From the NCBI GenBank assembly GCA_030141605.1, contig JAQGDQ010000224.1, positions 299,838 through 363,837 on the forward strand: a DNA stretch of 64,000 nucleotides, written 5' to 3'. The notes beneath the pieces are model-generated. The model worked only from the letters and a program-made list of their open reading frames with translations. It did no database searches and was not told where the DNA came from. This DNA is from Tubiluchus corallicola. Its lineage: Eukaryota; Animalia; Priapulida. How positions within the stretch are numbered: the stretch's first letter is position 1; each line of letters begins with the position of its first letter. This document shows, piece after piece, positions 24,801 to 59,091 of the stretch. The translations under genes were made by a program, and so were the position numbers.

Positions 24801-27800
24801 AACTTTAATGTGGTCTGTGACTTCTGCATCAATGTTTGGTGATACTTAAGTGTTTAAGTGAGTTCTAAGTTTCGGTGATGTGTAATATGTAATTTTTTTT
24901 TGTATGTTGGGTACAGTTTACAATATTATCTGTTGAATAATATGCCCTTTCACAGTTCCAGCGATTGATGATGATCATGAAGCGATCAAAGGTTAGGTGT
25001 GCCAGACAAAACATTTGTGTACACTTGACAACGCCTCGCAGCTCATGCTGTTGTAATAGTAACAGTTTTAACACCTACCTAGAACTTTACCTAGTTCATT
25101 TTTTCTTGTTCCCAAGCAAGATCACATTAGCAAATCACTCTACATACAGATTAATGCAAAATAAGTAAAGTCCATGTAAAACAACTGAAGTTTCTGAACT
25201 GATGCTGCAGACAGTTTTGCTTTATTCACATGTCACGTGACAGTTGTAGTCAAGATGCATTGCTGCGGCACACTTGACCTTTGACCTACAGCAAATGCGC
25301 TTTTAGTTAACAAACTTTTATTTGACTAGCTATCAGGAAACATTGACATAATGTTTTCTCACGATTGGCCGAGAGGAATCTATCACCATGGCAACGTGAA
25401 ACAGCTCTTGCGTGCCAAGCCATTTTTTCGAGAAGATGTGGAAAACAACAAGCTGGGTTGTCGCCCCGCGGAGGAACTTATGCACAGATTACAACCTACG
25501 TATTGGTTTGCCGCTCACTTACATGTAAAATTTGCAGCTCTAGTGGAATTTGAGGTAAACACTAGTTTGCAACTGACCTTAGCTTCTCACAAATGTGACA
25601 GTGATAGAAAAAGTTTATCCTTTTTAGTAATTCGTGCTACTTTAAGCTAGTTGCGTGTCTTTAAACGTTGTTGCACTCATATCTCGGTTTCTCAGACGTC
25701 ACTTTTATGGATATCAGAAGAATCGGACAAAATCTGGACTGTAAAAAAAACTCCTGCATACGACATACACAATTTGTTCTTTCGCAAGCTGACAGATAGT
25801 TGGCAAGCCATCACTTTGTTTACATCATTACATCAGTGTAACCAAGCAGCATGTCACTTTGTTTACATCATTACATCAGTGTAACCAAGCAGCGTGTAGC
25901 GACACGTGTGTAGCTTGTATGTCAGCTTGTTCAAGTGGTTTTAATTAGCAGAGTTATTTCAGTCAATTGCTGACAGTTTTATACACTTTTGCATAATTGC
26001 ATGTGGGAGACCCGAACTAGACGTTTTTGAGACAATTAGGCGATTGATTCTACATTATCGTGAGTCTAAGACACGGCACCTACTGTATTAGTTCAGTATC
26101 GGTAAATACGGACAATCGGCAAATTTGGACCAACGTCTCTGACAAACCGAGCGATGAGTCTATTATGCACAGTGTTTTATGTGTGTCATGCTGTCTTATG
26201 CTGTGTCATGCTGTTTTATGTGTGTCATGCTGTCTTATGTTGTGTCATGCTGTCTTATGTGTGTCATGCTGTCTTATGTTGTGTCATGCTGTCTTATGTT
26301 GTTTGTGTCATGCTATCTTATGTTGTGTCATGCTGTCTTATGCTGTGTCATGCTGTCTTATGTTGTGTCATGCTGTCTTCTTATGTGTGTCATGCTGTCT
26401 TATGTGTGTCATGCTGTCTTATGTTGTGTCATGCTGTCTTATGCTGTGTCATGCTGTTTTATGTGTGTCATGCTGTCTTATGCTGTGTCATGCTGTCTTA
26501 TGTGTGTCATGCTGTCTTATGTTGTGTCATGCTGTCTTATGTGTGTCATGCTGTCTTATGTTGTGTCATGCTGTCTTATGTGTGTCATGCTGTCTTATGT
26601 TGTTTGTGTCATGCTGTCTTATGTTGTGTCATGCTGTCTTAAGTTTTTTATAAATTCAATTCATTGTGGAATAGTGTATAAAACTCAGGCTAAAGTTTAC
26701 AATTCCCCACACACAAGAAATTAGTTCTTGAATCGAATTACGATTAGGGTTGGGATTAGTGTTTGGATTAGGGTTAGGTTTAGGATTAAGGTTAGAAGTA
26801 GTGTTTGTGTTAGGGTTGGGTTAGCATTAGTGTTTGGATTAGGGTTGGGATTAGTGTTTGGATTAGGGTTAGGTTTAGGATTAAGGTTAGAAGTAGTGTT
26901 TGGGTTAGGGGTGGGATAGCATTAGTGTTTGGATTAGGGTTAGGGTTAGGATTAGTGTTTGGGTTAGGGTTAGGGTTGGGTTAGCATTAGTGTTAGGGTT
27001 AGGATTGAGGTTAGGATTAGTGTTAGGGTTAGGATTGAGGTTAGCATTAGTGTTTGGGTTAGGGTTAGGATTGAGGTTAGCATTAGTGTTAGGGTTAGGG
27101 TTAGGATTGAGGTTAGGATTAGTGTTTGGGTTAGGGTTAGGATTGAGGTTAGGATTAGTGTTTGGGTTAGGGTTGGGTTAGCATTAGTGTTTGGATTAGG
27201 GTTAGGGTTAGGATTGAGGTTAGGATTACTGTTTGGGTTAGGGTTGGGTTAGGATTAGGGTTGGGTTAGGGTTAGGGTTAGGGTTAGGGTTAGGGTTAGG
27301 GTTAGGGTTAGGATTAGGGTTTGGGTTAGGGTTAGGGTTAGGATTAGTGGTTAGGATTAGGGTTAGGATTGAGGTTAGGATTAGTGTTTGGGTTAGGGTT
27401 GGGTTAGCATTAGTGTTTGGGTTAGGGTTAGGGTTAGGGTTAAGGTTAGGGTTAGGGTTGGGTTAGGATTAGGGTTAGGGTTAGGGTTGGGTTAGCATTA
27501 GTGTTTGGATTAGGGTTAGGGTTAGGATTGAGGTTAGGATTACTGTTTGGGTTAGGGTTGGGTTAGCATTAGTGTTTGGATTAGGGTTAGGGTTAGGATT
27601 AGTGTTTGGGTTAGGGTTGGGTTAGGATTACTGTTTGGGTTAGGGTTGGGTTAGCATTAGTGTTTGGATTAGGGTTAGGGTTAGGATTAGGGTTAGGATT
27701 AGGGTTTGGGTTAGGGTTGGGTTAGGGTTAGTGTTTGGATTAGGGTTAGGGTTAGGATTAGGATTAGGCTATTTAAATTGTGTGGGGAATTGTAAACTCC

Positions 27801-30800
27801 AATATTTGAATGTCGTATGTTTTTAAGAGCATATAATTCTTATATTTCATATTTTTTCTATACCAACAAAGTCATATTTTTATATACAAACAAATTGTAT
27901 ACATAAAATTGTTTTATTTGTATGTATAATAACTCTTTCACTTTTATCATCATCAAACAGAATGAGGGTGAAGAGAGAGAAAGAAAAAAGACGCATTTTC
28001 TCGCGCTGGACAAATGTTTACCTAAACGAAAGTTTTTGCAGGTACGCATTCCATGTTTCATACCAAAACAGACCAGTTTTGAAAAAAAGTTTATTTAAAA
28101 TGAGTTTGATTTCAGTTATTAATGGTTGAAGATACTTTTTATTTAATCTTGATTTTATGGTGCAGAAAACCTTGACGAAGTCGATTTTCGTAGTTAATGA
28201 GCCTTTTTCCAGTTTCGTTGAGAGCACGCGCAATTGGTGTAGGTCAAAGGTCAAGTGTACCACAGCAACGCGTCTTAACTACAACCCTTACATGACATGT
28301 GGGTAAAGCAAAACCGTCTGCTGCATCAGTTTAGTAACTTCAATTCTTTTACGTGGACTTTGCTTAATTATGCATTAGTCTGTGCATAGAGTGATTTACT
28401 AGCAGGATCTTGCTTGGCAACAAGAAAAAATGAACTAGGTAAGATTCTAGCTAGCAGTTAAAACTGTTAGTATTACAAAAGCATGGGCTGCAAAGCATCG
28501 TCAAATGTACACAAATGCGATGTCTGTTACACTTAACCTTTGACCTTTCCACGATCATCATCAATCACTGAAACTGTGAAAAGGCTTGTTTATTGTTAAT
28601 CTGATACGCACAGTTCTCCATTTTTTTGGTGTTAAAGCGTGTTTTTAGTAAAAATGAATGAATTGCCATTAAATTTTAGTTTACTGGTTGGTGCTGCACA
28701 AAACTTGCTTTCTCACAAGAAGCAACTCAAACCTCATTCAATTTAAATAAAAAAAACTTAATTGGTTATAAAATTACTTATCGATTAAAGTTGATCACAC
28801 TGAAGTTTCTGAATAAATGCAGTATTAATAGTTGTAATATATGTTTAAAGGCGTGTTCACACTATTGCATGTTCACATGATTATGTGTGTAGGTTGTAGA
28901 CATCCCGTATGAAGACACGAGTCCTTTTAGTTTAAAGTATGATGTTGAATGGTTGTCAATTTTACGAAACACGAATCACTTGTTGAGCTTGAAGAAGAGT
29001 ACCGTTTACATGCCCGGGCCGGGCTGTGCGGAGAGGTGAGTGGATAGATTACAGTAATTCCTCGTTTAACGACGCTAATACGTTCCGGCAAAATGTGACG
29101 TTAAGCGAAACGTCGTTAAACGAAGTCGAGACTTCCATAGAAAATAACGTGAAATAATTAAAATATGTTTCCGAGTCAAAATCAGTGCTGCTTAAATCAC
29201 ATAAATAAAACACTTTATGAATTTTATTCGTATTTTTGCTGATTAATTTCTTTCTGTTTGCTTGAACCACCTGTCTTTATTACTAATATCTAGTTAGACC
29301 TGGGGGTTAAAAGGGGGATCGTTAAAAGGAGGGTTAAAAGGGGGATCGTTAACCACCGTGGCTATTTGTAGTTTTGAGGTCGAAAGCTGACATTCGTATG
29401 TGAAATAAAAACACGTGTAATATAACTTGCTATTAGATGTTCCTAATTTATATATAATTAGTTTTTATTTCCTGTTATTTTCTTTTGTATTCAAAGGGGA
29501 GGGTGTTATGACGCTAAAGTTGTCGCTGGGGTGTTTTGGGGAGAGCCAACAACCGACATTGGCAGGTTTATCAGACTGTTTTTGTGGTTGCGATGTTTGT
29601 GTTAAACAGATGAAATCATTGGATGAAAACATGGTTTAACTTTGCAATCCGTATTTTACTCAAAATCATAGTCTCATAGTCAATCCACATTGGTTTAACT
29701 TTGCAATCCGTATTTTACTCAAAATCATAGTCTCATAGTCAATCCACATTGGTTTAACTTTGCAATCCGTATTTTACTCAAAATCATAGTCTCATAGTCA
29801 ATCCACATTGGTTTAACTTTGCAATCTGTATTTTACTCAAAATCATAGTCTCATAGTCAATCCACATTGGTTTAACTTTGCAATCTGTATTTTACTCAAA
29901 ATCATAGTCTCATAGTCAATCCACATTGGTTTAACTTTGCAATCTGTATTTTACTCAAAATCATAGTCTCATAGTCAATCCACATTGGTTTAACTGTGCA
30001 ATCCGTATTTTACTCAAAATCATAGTCTCATAGTCAATCCACATTGGTTTAACTTTGCAATCTGTATTTTACTCAAAATCATAGTCTCATAGTCAATCCA
30101 CATTGGTTTAACTTTGCAATCTGTATTTTACTCAAAATCATAGTCTCATAGTCAATCTACATATACAGGAAAATGGTAAACATAATCAACAGTAGTAAAC
30201 AAAAGTTAAAGTAAATCCATCAGCCAATATATCATGGCACCTGAGTGAAAACGTTATTATAACCACACAACTGTTTAAGCCTATTGCTTGTCCTCTCATC
30301 TTGCTACCAAGTCAAGAGTAGTAGTTATTCACAGAGAAGCCCAGTAACTCAGTTCTATACAAACATATAGCAGTAGCAAGCACATACATATATTGGAAAC
30401 TTCAAAGTGTACAGACAGATGTCAGCACTGACTTAGTGGTAGTGAAAAACAAAAATTTAAAACTACAAATCAAAATTATTAATAAACTGTAAATTAAATG
30501 CTCGCATCTGCGACAGAGGGGGTACAGAATAACAGTTTCTCGGGGTTTAATGTGCAACTTCCCTTACTAATTATATGTATCTAGTTTATTATTAATGTTG
30601 ATTTTTTTGTGCATTTACGCAGGGGCGGTGAGAAATCAAGGATTCCATGAGGGGGTCAATGATGTAAAACGTTTGGGGAACCCCTGATCTCAGATTGGGG
30701 AGCCCCTGATCTCAGATTGGGGAACCCCTGATCTCAGATTGGGGAGCCCCTGATCTCAGATTGGGGAACCCCTGATCTCAGATTGGGGAACTCAGATTGG

Positions 30801-31439
30801 GAGCCCCTGCCTCAGATGATTAAATTTGTTTCAAATTTTTGCAGGTGGAATTTCACACCAACCGAAGAGGAGTTGAAAGTGGTAATTAGATTATTTTCCA
30901 GTGGACTGGAAATTCCCAGTAACTTTCAACAGACTGTCCCCCCGTTTTCTAACTACGATCCGAAAAAAGCGCCCCCTGCCGCGTGTTTGGTGAATCCGCA
31001 GACTACGGCATTGTGTGTAAGACTTGGTTTGACTGATCCTCATAGTGTTTTTACTGGCGTTCAGACTGAAGGTAGTGTGAACAGAGCCGCAAACGAGCCG
31101 AGAAATCCTGACGAAATCGATGTGACCCTGGTCAGTGCGACGGACGATACGTTCGCTTCGACCAGTCAAGATGAGAGCTTTGTCGATTTCTCTCATGCGA
31201 CCTCGGACAGTTCCGTATTCGAACCGCTCAACAGCTCTAGTGATTTTGTACCGCCGCAGTTCTTGCCGCGCGAACACGGAAGCTCGCTGGAGTCGAGCTA
31301 CGAACAGGAATCGAAGGGCGGCGACTGCACGTCGGAATCCGAGAAACGGTTGAGCGGAGACGCGGAATACGTGGAATCTCCGGCGAGGAAATTTAAGAGA
31401 AGGAATGCTGCTGTTTATCAAAACGAGGACAGTTCTTAG
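12767..31439 (+). CDS. DBR1: Lariat debranching enzyme DBR1 gene (8 coding exons, 510 aa)
   Basis: Exons 12767-12856, 18140-18246, 19429-19553, 21920-22086, 25330-25554, 27961-28041, 28893-29035 and 30845-31439 sum to 1533 nt, all GT-AG and phase consistent. Motifs: [39 protein letters not shown] and C-terminal KFKRRN. Confidence 0.97.
14424..15555 (+). pseudogene. Intronless ankyrin-repeat + SOCS-box (ASB-like) gene nested in DBR1 intron 1, with one frameshift at ~15118-15129
   Basis: ORF 14424-15131 has ankyrin motifs ([50 protein letters not shown]). ORF 15142-15555 is in the next frame and ends in a SOCS-box-like SDLKQLC...[11 protein letters not shown]. Removing one T at ttagaat(t)atcaa joins the two. 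Confidence 0.8.
17251..17742 (-). mobile_element. 5S rRNA-derived SINE with RTE-like body/tail, copy 1
   Basis: Full-length 5S-like head 17623-17742 with no oligo-T terminator, joined to a ~370-bp body shared with the copies at 48429 and 53004. Confidence 0.85.
17870..18119. mobile_element. Foldback/MITE-like element with ~85-bp imperfect inverted arms
   Basis: catgattttgtgaatcaataaagtgtcattgtct..gtgtccttagcagtttccatggtaacagagagtagttt is mirrored by aaactactctctgttaccatggaaactgctaagaacac..aaaatcatg. Confidence 0.75.
18140..18246 (+). CDS. DBR1: DBR1 coding exon 2
   Basis: [35 protein letters not shown](K), ttag/gtaagt. Confidence 0.95.
18353..18835. mobile_element. hAT (Charlie-like) non-autonomous element
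   Basis: Starts caggggtgtgcaaa..gggccaca and has the gggccgca/tggcccg subterminal motifs typical of hAT MITEs. The right terminus is interrupted. Confidence 0.6.
18837..19210. repeat. Dispersed repeat/MITE fragment (second copy at ~51963-52340)
   Basis: Both copies start ttaaactttcaaa and share gtaccgtgataagcat..gttcatctgtgac..tgtggttagtttgtga..tataggcaaga. Confidence 0.7.
19429..19553 (+). CDS. DBR1: DBR1 coding exon 3
   Basis: [41 protein letters not shown](G), containing the GNHE catalytic motif. Confidence 0.95.
19925..20040. repeat. 19-bp minisatellite (agtactattattacttaat)n
   Basis: About 6 direct copies. Confidence 0.8.
20095..20430. repeat. ~175-bp tandem duplication
   Basis: attgtacattgtagttaggtgctgccatc...caactctgcata occurs twice. 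Confidence 0.85.
20692..21278 (-). mobile_element. tRNA-derived SINE (MetaSINE-like core), interrupted by a hAT MITE
   Basis: The reverse complement matches the + strand copy at 57683-57873, including the tail ctgttatgtagttgtag.ttgttatttacagtc. Confidence 0.75.
20725..21116. mobile_element. hAT MITE with 8-bp TSD CATAACAG
   Basis: TIRs taggggtga / tcaccccta. CATAACAG at 20717-20724 and 21117-21124. Internal repeated ttcgaa subterminal motifs. Confidence 0.88.
21510..21893. mobile_element. MITE family A (TIR aataagccttttcacagt-like), copy 1
   Basis: Terminal inverted repeats aataagcccttttgcagt / actgcgaaaaggcttatt. The ~380-bp body is shared with 5 other copies in the window. Confidence 0.8.
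21920..22086 (+). CDS. DBR1: DBR1 coding exon 4
   Basis: [55 protein letters not shown]. Confidence 0.95.
22150..22998. repeat. 72-bp minisatellite, ~11-12 copies
   Basis: Unit ggaaagaacaagtcattcagtatgttgggtttattttactgttatcacttaaactgtttgtggtgtgctaaa. Confidence 0.95.
24939..25300. mobile_element. MITE family A, copy 2 (reverse orientation)
   Basis: ttttcacagttccagcgattgatgatgatc... is the reverse complement of the body of copy 1. Confidence 0.75.
25330..25554 (+). CDS. DBR1: DBR1 coding exon 5
   Basis: [17 protein letters not shown]...[20 protein letters not shown]. Confidence 0.95.
26168..26640. repeat. ~20-bp minisatellite (tgtgtcatgctgtcttatg[t/c])n
   Basis: More than 20 degenerate direct copies. 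Confidence 0.95.
26694..27798. mobile_element. Inverted-repeat-bounded element filled with a degenerate (TTAGGG)n array
   Basis: A perfect 20-bp IR, agtttacaattccccacaca (26694-26713) / tgtgtggggaattgtaaact (27779-27798), surrounds ~1 kb of ttaggg/ttagga/ttagtg variants. Confidence 0.8.
27961..28041 (+). CDS. DBR1: DBR1 coding exon 6
   Basis: [27 protein letters not shown]. Confidence 0.93.
28196..28590. mobile_element. MITE family A, copy 3
   Basis: gagcctttttccagtttc ... actgtgaaaaggctt. Confidence 0.8.
28893..29035 (+). CDS. DBR1: DBR1 coding exon 7
   Basis: [47 protein letters not shown](R). Confidence 0.93.
29050..29200. mobile_element. Tigger/pogo-like MITE end
   Basis: tacagtaattcctcgtttaacgacg...gttaagcgaaacgtcgttaaacgaag. 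A related terminus tacagcgagtcctcgcttaacgac occurs at ~51465. Confidence 0.55.
29632..30160. repeat. 59-bp minisatellite, ~9 copies
   Basis: Unit ggtttaactttgcaatccgtattttactcaaaatcatagtctcatagtcaatccacatt. Confidence 0.95.
30673..30816. repeat. 22-bp tandem repeat containing a hAT-like terminus (gggaacccctg)
   Basis: (ttggggaacccctgatctcaga) x ~6, just upstream of DBR1 exon 8. Confidence 0.85.
30845..31439 (+). CDS. DBR1: DBR1 coding exon 8 (terminal)
   Basis: [10 protein letters not shown]...[13 protein letters not shown]...NPDEID...[17 protein letters not shown]. Confidence 0.93.
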
Positions 31440-31821
31440 CCTTTAGACAAACGACTTTGTAATTTTGGCTCGATTGTTTTTAGCTCTTTCAGTTTTTAAA
31501 CAAAGTTCACACTGTGCTTCATTTAGTTACCTATATAACTGTTTATCGATATACTACGTGAGAATAGGTATGTTTGTGTAAGTAGTATAGGTATGTTACC
31601 ATGCTATGTTCCGCTTTTTAACTTAAACTTGGTATTTTTTATTGTAAACGAATTTTAATCGAGAAAAAGGTGCACAGATTTGCAGAATTTAATTTAAGAG
31701 TATTCAAGTATAAGCCTCATGATAATCTATCATGTTTAATTGTTTTAAAGCTTGTGGTTCTCTTGTGTGTGTTGGCCTGGTTCTATGGTAGTAGCTGTTA
31801 ATGACATGTAAGGAACATTAA

Positions 31822-32935
31822 TATGGTAAACTAGGTGTGACTCGAACACCTCGGGACCAGAAAATTTGTTTGAGTTCTGCGAGGGTACGAGTTAGACAAT
31901 GTTCGTAAGAAAACAAGATTGAGTCACTCATCAATGTCAGACAATGCACTAGTAACACTACAGACTATGAAAATGACAAACTGAGCCTTTAATTTAGTAT
32001 ATTTGAATATAGTACACATACAAAACAAACTGAACTGCATACTGGGCGCAAATATGTCTGGAAAAGTTGCGTTTGGCAAAACGGGTGTAAAAATTGAAAA
32101 TTACGAACCATTTATTAAATTTGGGCAAATTTGACAATTGTCACATTTTGTGTTTGATTCTTGGCGTACAGTATCTTATAATTATAATAATTATTATTAT
32201 GTCAGGTAGTAAATGTATTAAAGGTGATAGTTGTAGTCGAATTATTTCAATATAAAAGAAAAAATGTTCACAAAAAACTCTTAAATTAAAGAAAAAAATG
32301 CGACATTTCAACCAAGTTTTTCGTGTTTTTCTGTTTTTCCATTGTGGGATTTTTTTATTAATACAGTATACTACGTTTGACTCGAACACCTCGGAACTGA
32401 AAAAATTTGTTTGAATTATGCGAGGGTACGAGTTAGACAATGTTCGTAAGAAAACAAGATTGAGTCGCTCATCAACGTTGAACAATGCACTAGTAACACT
32501 ACAGCCTGTGAAAATGTCTTACTGATCCTTTAATCAAATATCAATTTTTATGAATAATGAAAAATAAAATGACTGGTCCACCTCTATTGTAGTCTGAGTA
32601 GCATGGTTAATAGAATTCAGCAGTAATAACACTGTGATCTACATTAAACCACGTTTGTTAAGCCATGCTGTGTTCAGCATTCTGCTAAGGTAATACAAGA
32701 AATCTTAGCATGGTTAATAGAATTTAACAATAATAATATTGTGATCTACATTAAACTACGTTTGTTAAGCCACGTTGAGTGCAGCGTTCAGAATTGTACC
32801 ACGAATTCGGTTCAAGATATGCAATAATTTGAGTTACACGATATTTGTTAAAGGGGAAATCCCATTCCACGAGAACTGTTCGAGATACGCAAGAATTTGA
32901 GTTATACCAGTCCGAGTTATACGTGGTAGGTTTCA
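31822..32935. mobile_element. Two pogo-like MITE copies downstream of the DBR1 stop
   Basis: Repeated start ..gactcgaacacctcgg..aaatttgtttga..gcgagggtacgagttagacaatg at ~31825 and ~32365, with an inverted-type end cgagttatacgtggtag near 32925. Confidence 0.6.
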
Positions 32936-33967
32936 AGGTTTCAAGAGTTTATTCATGGGTTAAACATATCTATTCTTGTTAATTATCTCCATGTTGATTC
33001 CTTTTTAGTAACTAGGTTGTTTAAAAGTAATGCACGGGTGAGTTTAACGTCGTACAAATGATTCTTGTGATTTTCTAATGCACTATGGAAGCCTTTTTAT
33101 GAGTGTATATGTGAAAACACTTTATATTTTTGTACCTGATAACAAACTACCTTTGAAAATACCTGAAATGTTATTACTATATTCATGTATATTTGTTAAA
33201 ACCTTAAAGATTTTATGCACAAACTACTTGTGGTGGGCAAGATAATGGATAAATTGTTAGATTGGATAATGGTTTAATCACTACAGCTGCTTATCAGTGA
33301 TGCAGACCAGACATAGTTTTGTACGACAGCATTGCTGTTAAGCCTAACGTTTAGCTGTTTCAATGCTGTCTGTCTTGTTGCTATGCATAAATTAATGATG
33401 GTTGCTATTGGTAGCTTATGCACTTGCTATAATAATCTATAAGTGCTGTTGAAGAAACAGGCAGTTTTTGGCTATTGCAATTATGTATGTTTGACACTGT
33501 AGTTTTACAGAAGATTGAAAGGGCTATTTTCATTTACAAGTGAGTATATTTAGACATACTAGCAAACAGTTTAAGTAATTTCTGGTAGCCAATTAGCACT
33601 TCAATCTTAAATACGGGTTATTGAATCGATAAACGTTCATGAAGCTCAAAGAGACTATGTGGCATTTAGAGATGAAATACCGGTCTTAAGTTAGTAATAG
33701 CTTTGTACTCAAAAATTTGTCGTATTTCAATGTAAATACAATAGAGAATTCAGTGCTATGCAAAATTTTTCTTAGTTTAATGTGTAAATTTCGTGTTGCA
33801 TTAAATATATTTGACCGGTTTGCACTTTAGGTATAATTGAACAACGGTTGCAATACCTGTAGGCTGGTATCTTTGCTTTAACTTTTACGTAGTAATAAAG
33901 CTCATAGTACAATAGGTTAAATTTGTAAGTAATTTTACCCAGTACACTGCTGTTGTGTTTATTAGTT

Positions 33968-34354
33968 AATAAGCCTTTTCACAGTTTCGTTGTGCACAGG
34001 CGCATTTGTTGTAGGTGAAATGTTAAGTGTACCACAGCAGCGCATCTTAACTACAACCTACTGACATGTTGCTAGAGCAAAGCCATCTGCTGCATCAGTT
34101 CAGTCTCTTCAATTGTTTTACGTGGACTTTACTTAATTAGCATTAGCCAGTGCATAGAGGGATTTACTAGCAGGATCTTGCTTGGGAACAAGACAAAATG
34201 CACTAGGGAAGGTTCTAGCTGTTAAAACTGTTACTATTACAATAGCTTGGGGTCCGAGGTGTTGTCAAGTGTACACAAATGCGTTGTCTGGTACACTTAA
34301 CCTTTGACCCTTTCACGATCATCATCAATCGCTGGAACTGTGAAAAGGCTTATT
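33968..34354. mobile_element. MITE family A, copy 4
   Basis: aataagccttttcacagtttc ... gaactgtgaaaaggcttatt (near-perfect TIR). Confidence 0.85.
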
Positions 34355-34639
34355 AGTTAAAAACCCTAAACATGAAATTCAGTTTCTGATTTCTTTGTCA
34401 TAAATTTTGTTTTTACGTTTATTCAACGAGACTCGAAAGTTCCCTCTTCAACTAAAGTATATTCTTGGCAATAATCACAATAACATTTTGATAATTTAAT
34501 GACGTTTTTTACTTAAAGACCATTTTAGATAAACGAAATAAACCAGAACTTTTAGATAGCATTAAGTTTTAGGATAACTACTAAAAATCATAAGACAGTG
34601 GTACTTTCAAACTGGTGAATTAATGTCGTTGCTAAACAA

Positions 34640-35152
34640 GGTCCTTGTTAATGTCTGCTAGTTTTTAATGTTCAAGTGTCTAAATCACTCAAAACTAGTT
34701 GTTAATGTCTGCTAGTTTTTTTATGTTAAAGTGTCTAAATCACTCAAAACTAACTGTTAATGTCCTTGTTAATGTCTGCTAGTTTTTATGTTCAAGTGTC
34801 TAAATCACTCAAAACTAACTGTTAAATGTCCTTGTTAATGTCTGCTAGTTTTTTATGTTCAAGTGTCTAAATCACTCAAAACTAACTGTTAAATGTTCTT
34901 GTTAATGTCTACTAGTTTTTATGTTCAAGTGTCTAAATCACTCAAAAATACCTGTTAATGTCCTTGTTAATGTCTGCTAGTTTTTTTTATGTTCAAGCGT
35001 ATAAATCACTCAAAACTAGTTCTTAATGTCCTTGTTAATGTCTACTAGTTTTTTGTGTTCAAGTGTCTAAATCACTCAAAACTAACTGTTAAATGTCCTT
35101 GTTAATGTCTGCTAGTTTTTTGTGTTCAAGTGTCTAAATCACTCAAAACTAA
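34640..35152. repeat. ~55-65-bp minisatellite
   Basis: Repeated gtccttgttaatgtctgctagtttttatgttcaagtgtctaaatcactcaaaactaact. Confidence 0.9.
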
Positions 35153-36451
35153 TCGTTGGAAATGTGTGGAATAATGAAAAATGACTAACACGAGCAAGCG
35201 ATATATAAACAATAACAGAGAAGCATGCTTTGGTTGCAACATTGGCAACAAAGTACCCCACGACAACTTTCCAAGGATAAACAATAATGTTGACGTTTGT
35301 GTAACAATACCATAGATATGGTTTGTGTAGATCAAAGATCTTGGTGATTGCTTAGGAGTGTTCTGCATCCTAGACTGTCATGCTGTCCTGATCTTTGTTT
35401 AAGTTCCTAATTAGTTTAATAAATACTACTTTATTATGCACGCATTTGTCCAATTGCTGATATAATTCTAGCATGTAACAGTTTGTATCTCATGCAACAT
35501 TTAGGAATTTAGAAAATATGTAACTTGCAAATTGCTACAAAAAGCATCGTAGCACGAATAAGTACTAAAAACGGTTTTTTACCTAGAATTGACCTTAGCC
35601 TGGTAATTTAGCTAAATTTAAGCAACATATTTTATCAGTATACATTTAGATAATCTGTTAATTATCATAAGATTGGTTAGTTTTTCTAATATTTTCCAGG
35701 TAAAAAGTGACATGCTTAGATTTGCATCTGTAAAGTGGCTTCAACTTACTGTGCTTTTAGATCATTCTAATTATCATTAACTTTAAACTTTGCTCATTAC
35801 TTTTAAGAAACTTTGCTGGCCATAATTACAAACTTATGAAAGTAAGCAAGTTTATTAGTTTATCACCATTTTTATTATATCATAATACATTACTATCTGA
35901 TTTATAATTCGGTATTGTATGCAATAATATTACAAAGTGCAAAAGTAATTATTGATTAGTGGTGAAAGGTGGCGAAAGAACTATGAGTTATTGAGGTCAG
36001 CCACCCTTTCAGAATTGTTACTAATATAATTAATTAATGCCCATGTACCAGGTAATTAAAAATGATCAGATTTTGCATTTAAGACGATTGTTGATTGAAT
36101 TACGATACAGAAGTGTTAGTGTCTAATAGAATCATATCATCATACGCCCATCACGTCTATTGTAGACATTGGGCAGGCAGAATTCTAAAATAAAAGAAAT
36201 CTGCTTTCAGACAGGTAAACGCAGCAGTAATCCAGCAAGAAACTAGACACTGCTACGCCAGTGGCTCAAAAGTAGAAGAGACAAACGCGACTATCTTTAA
36301 ATATTAAGTTAAACTTGAATTATTTTATTTATTAAGATTAGGACTTAGCACCAAAGAAAAAATAATAAATTTGTCGCTTGTAACAAGCATTAATTACAAA
36401 ATTGAGTATGTTACAAACTTCTTGTTTTCTTTGATATAGATTTAATTGAAA

Positions 36452-58775
<22,324 letters not shown>

Positions 58776-59091
58776 GTAATGTATGAATTCGTTGTCAATT
58801 ATGTCATTAGTACCTGTGCATTCGTTAATATTTATTTGTCAAAATAAGGTAACAAATTACATTAATTATATAATGAATTACAGTCAAACCTCGTTATACC
58901 ACCAAACTCGTTTATCGCCTGCAAAAAGGCAAGAAACAAAACGGCTGTATTAAACTGTATATAAAAATGACCCGTTGTACCGCCACCTGTTACCTGTCAT
59001 TGGTCAGGAAAATGATATATGTTCAATGGGGAAATACCGGCAACCACGCCAGTTGGACAGTGACCTTGACAATATGTCAGCTGTAGGCGGT

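Noticed and set aside
26060-27181. Cys/Val-rich and Gly/Leu-rich ORFs
   Set aside because: Translations of the 20-bp minisatellite and the telomere-like array, open in several frames.
26740-27770. True telomere or chromosome-fusion site
   Set aside because: The array is degenerate, in a single orientation, inside a DBR1 intron and bounded by inverted repeats.
30891-31421. 176-aa antisense ORF
   Set aside because: Shadow of the GC-rich DBR1 last exon, with no recognisable motifs.
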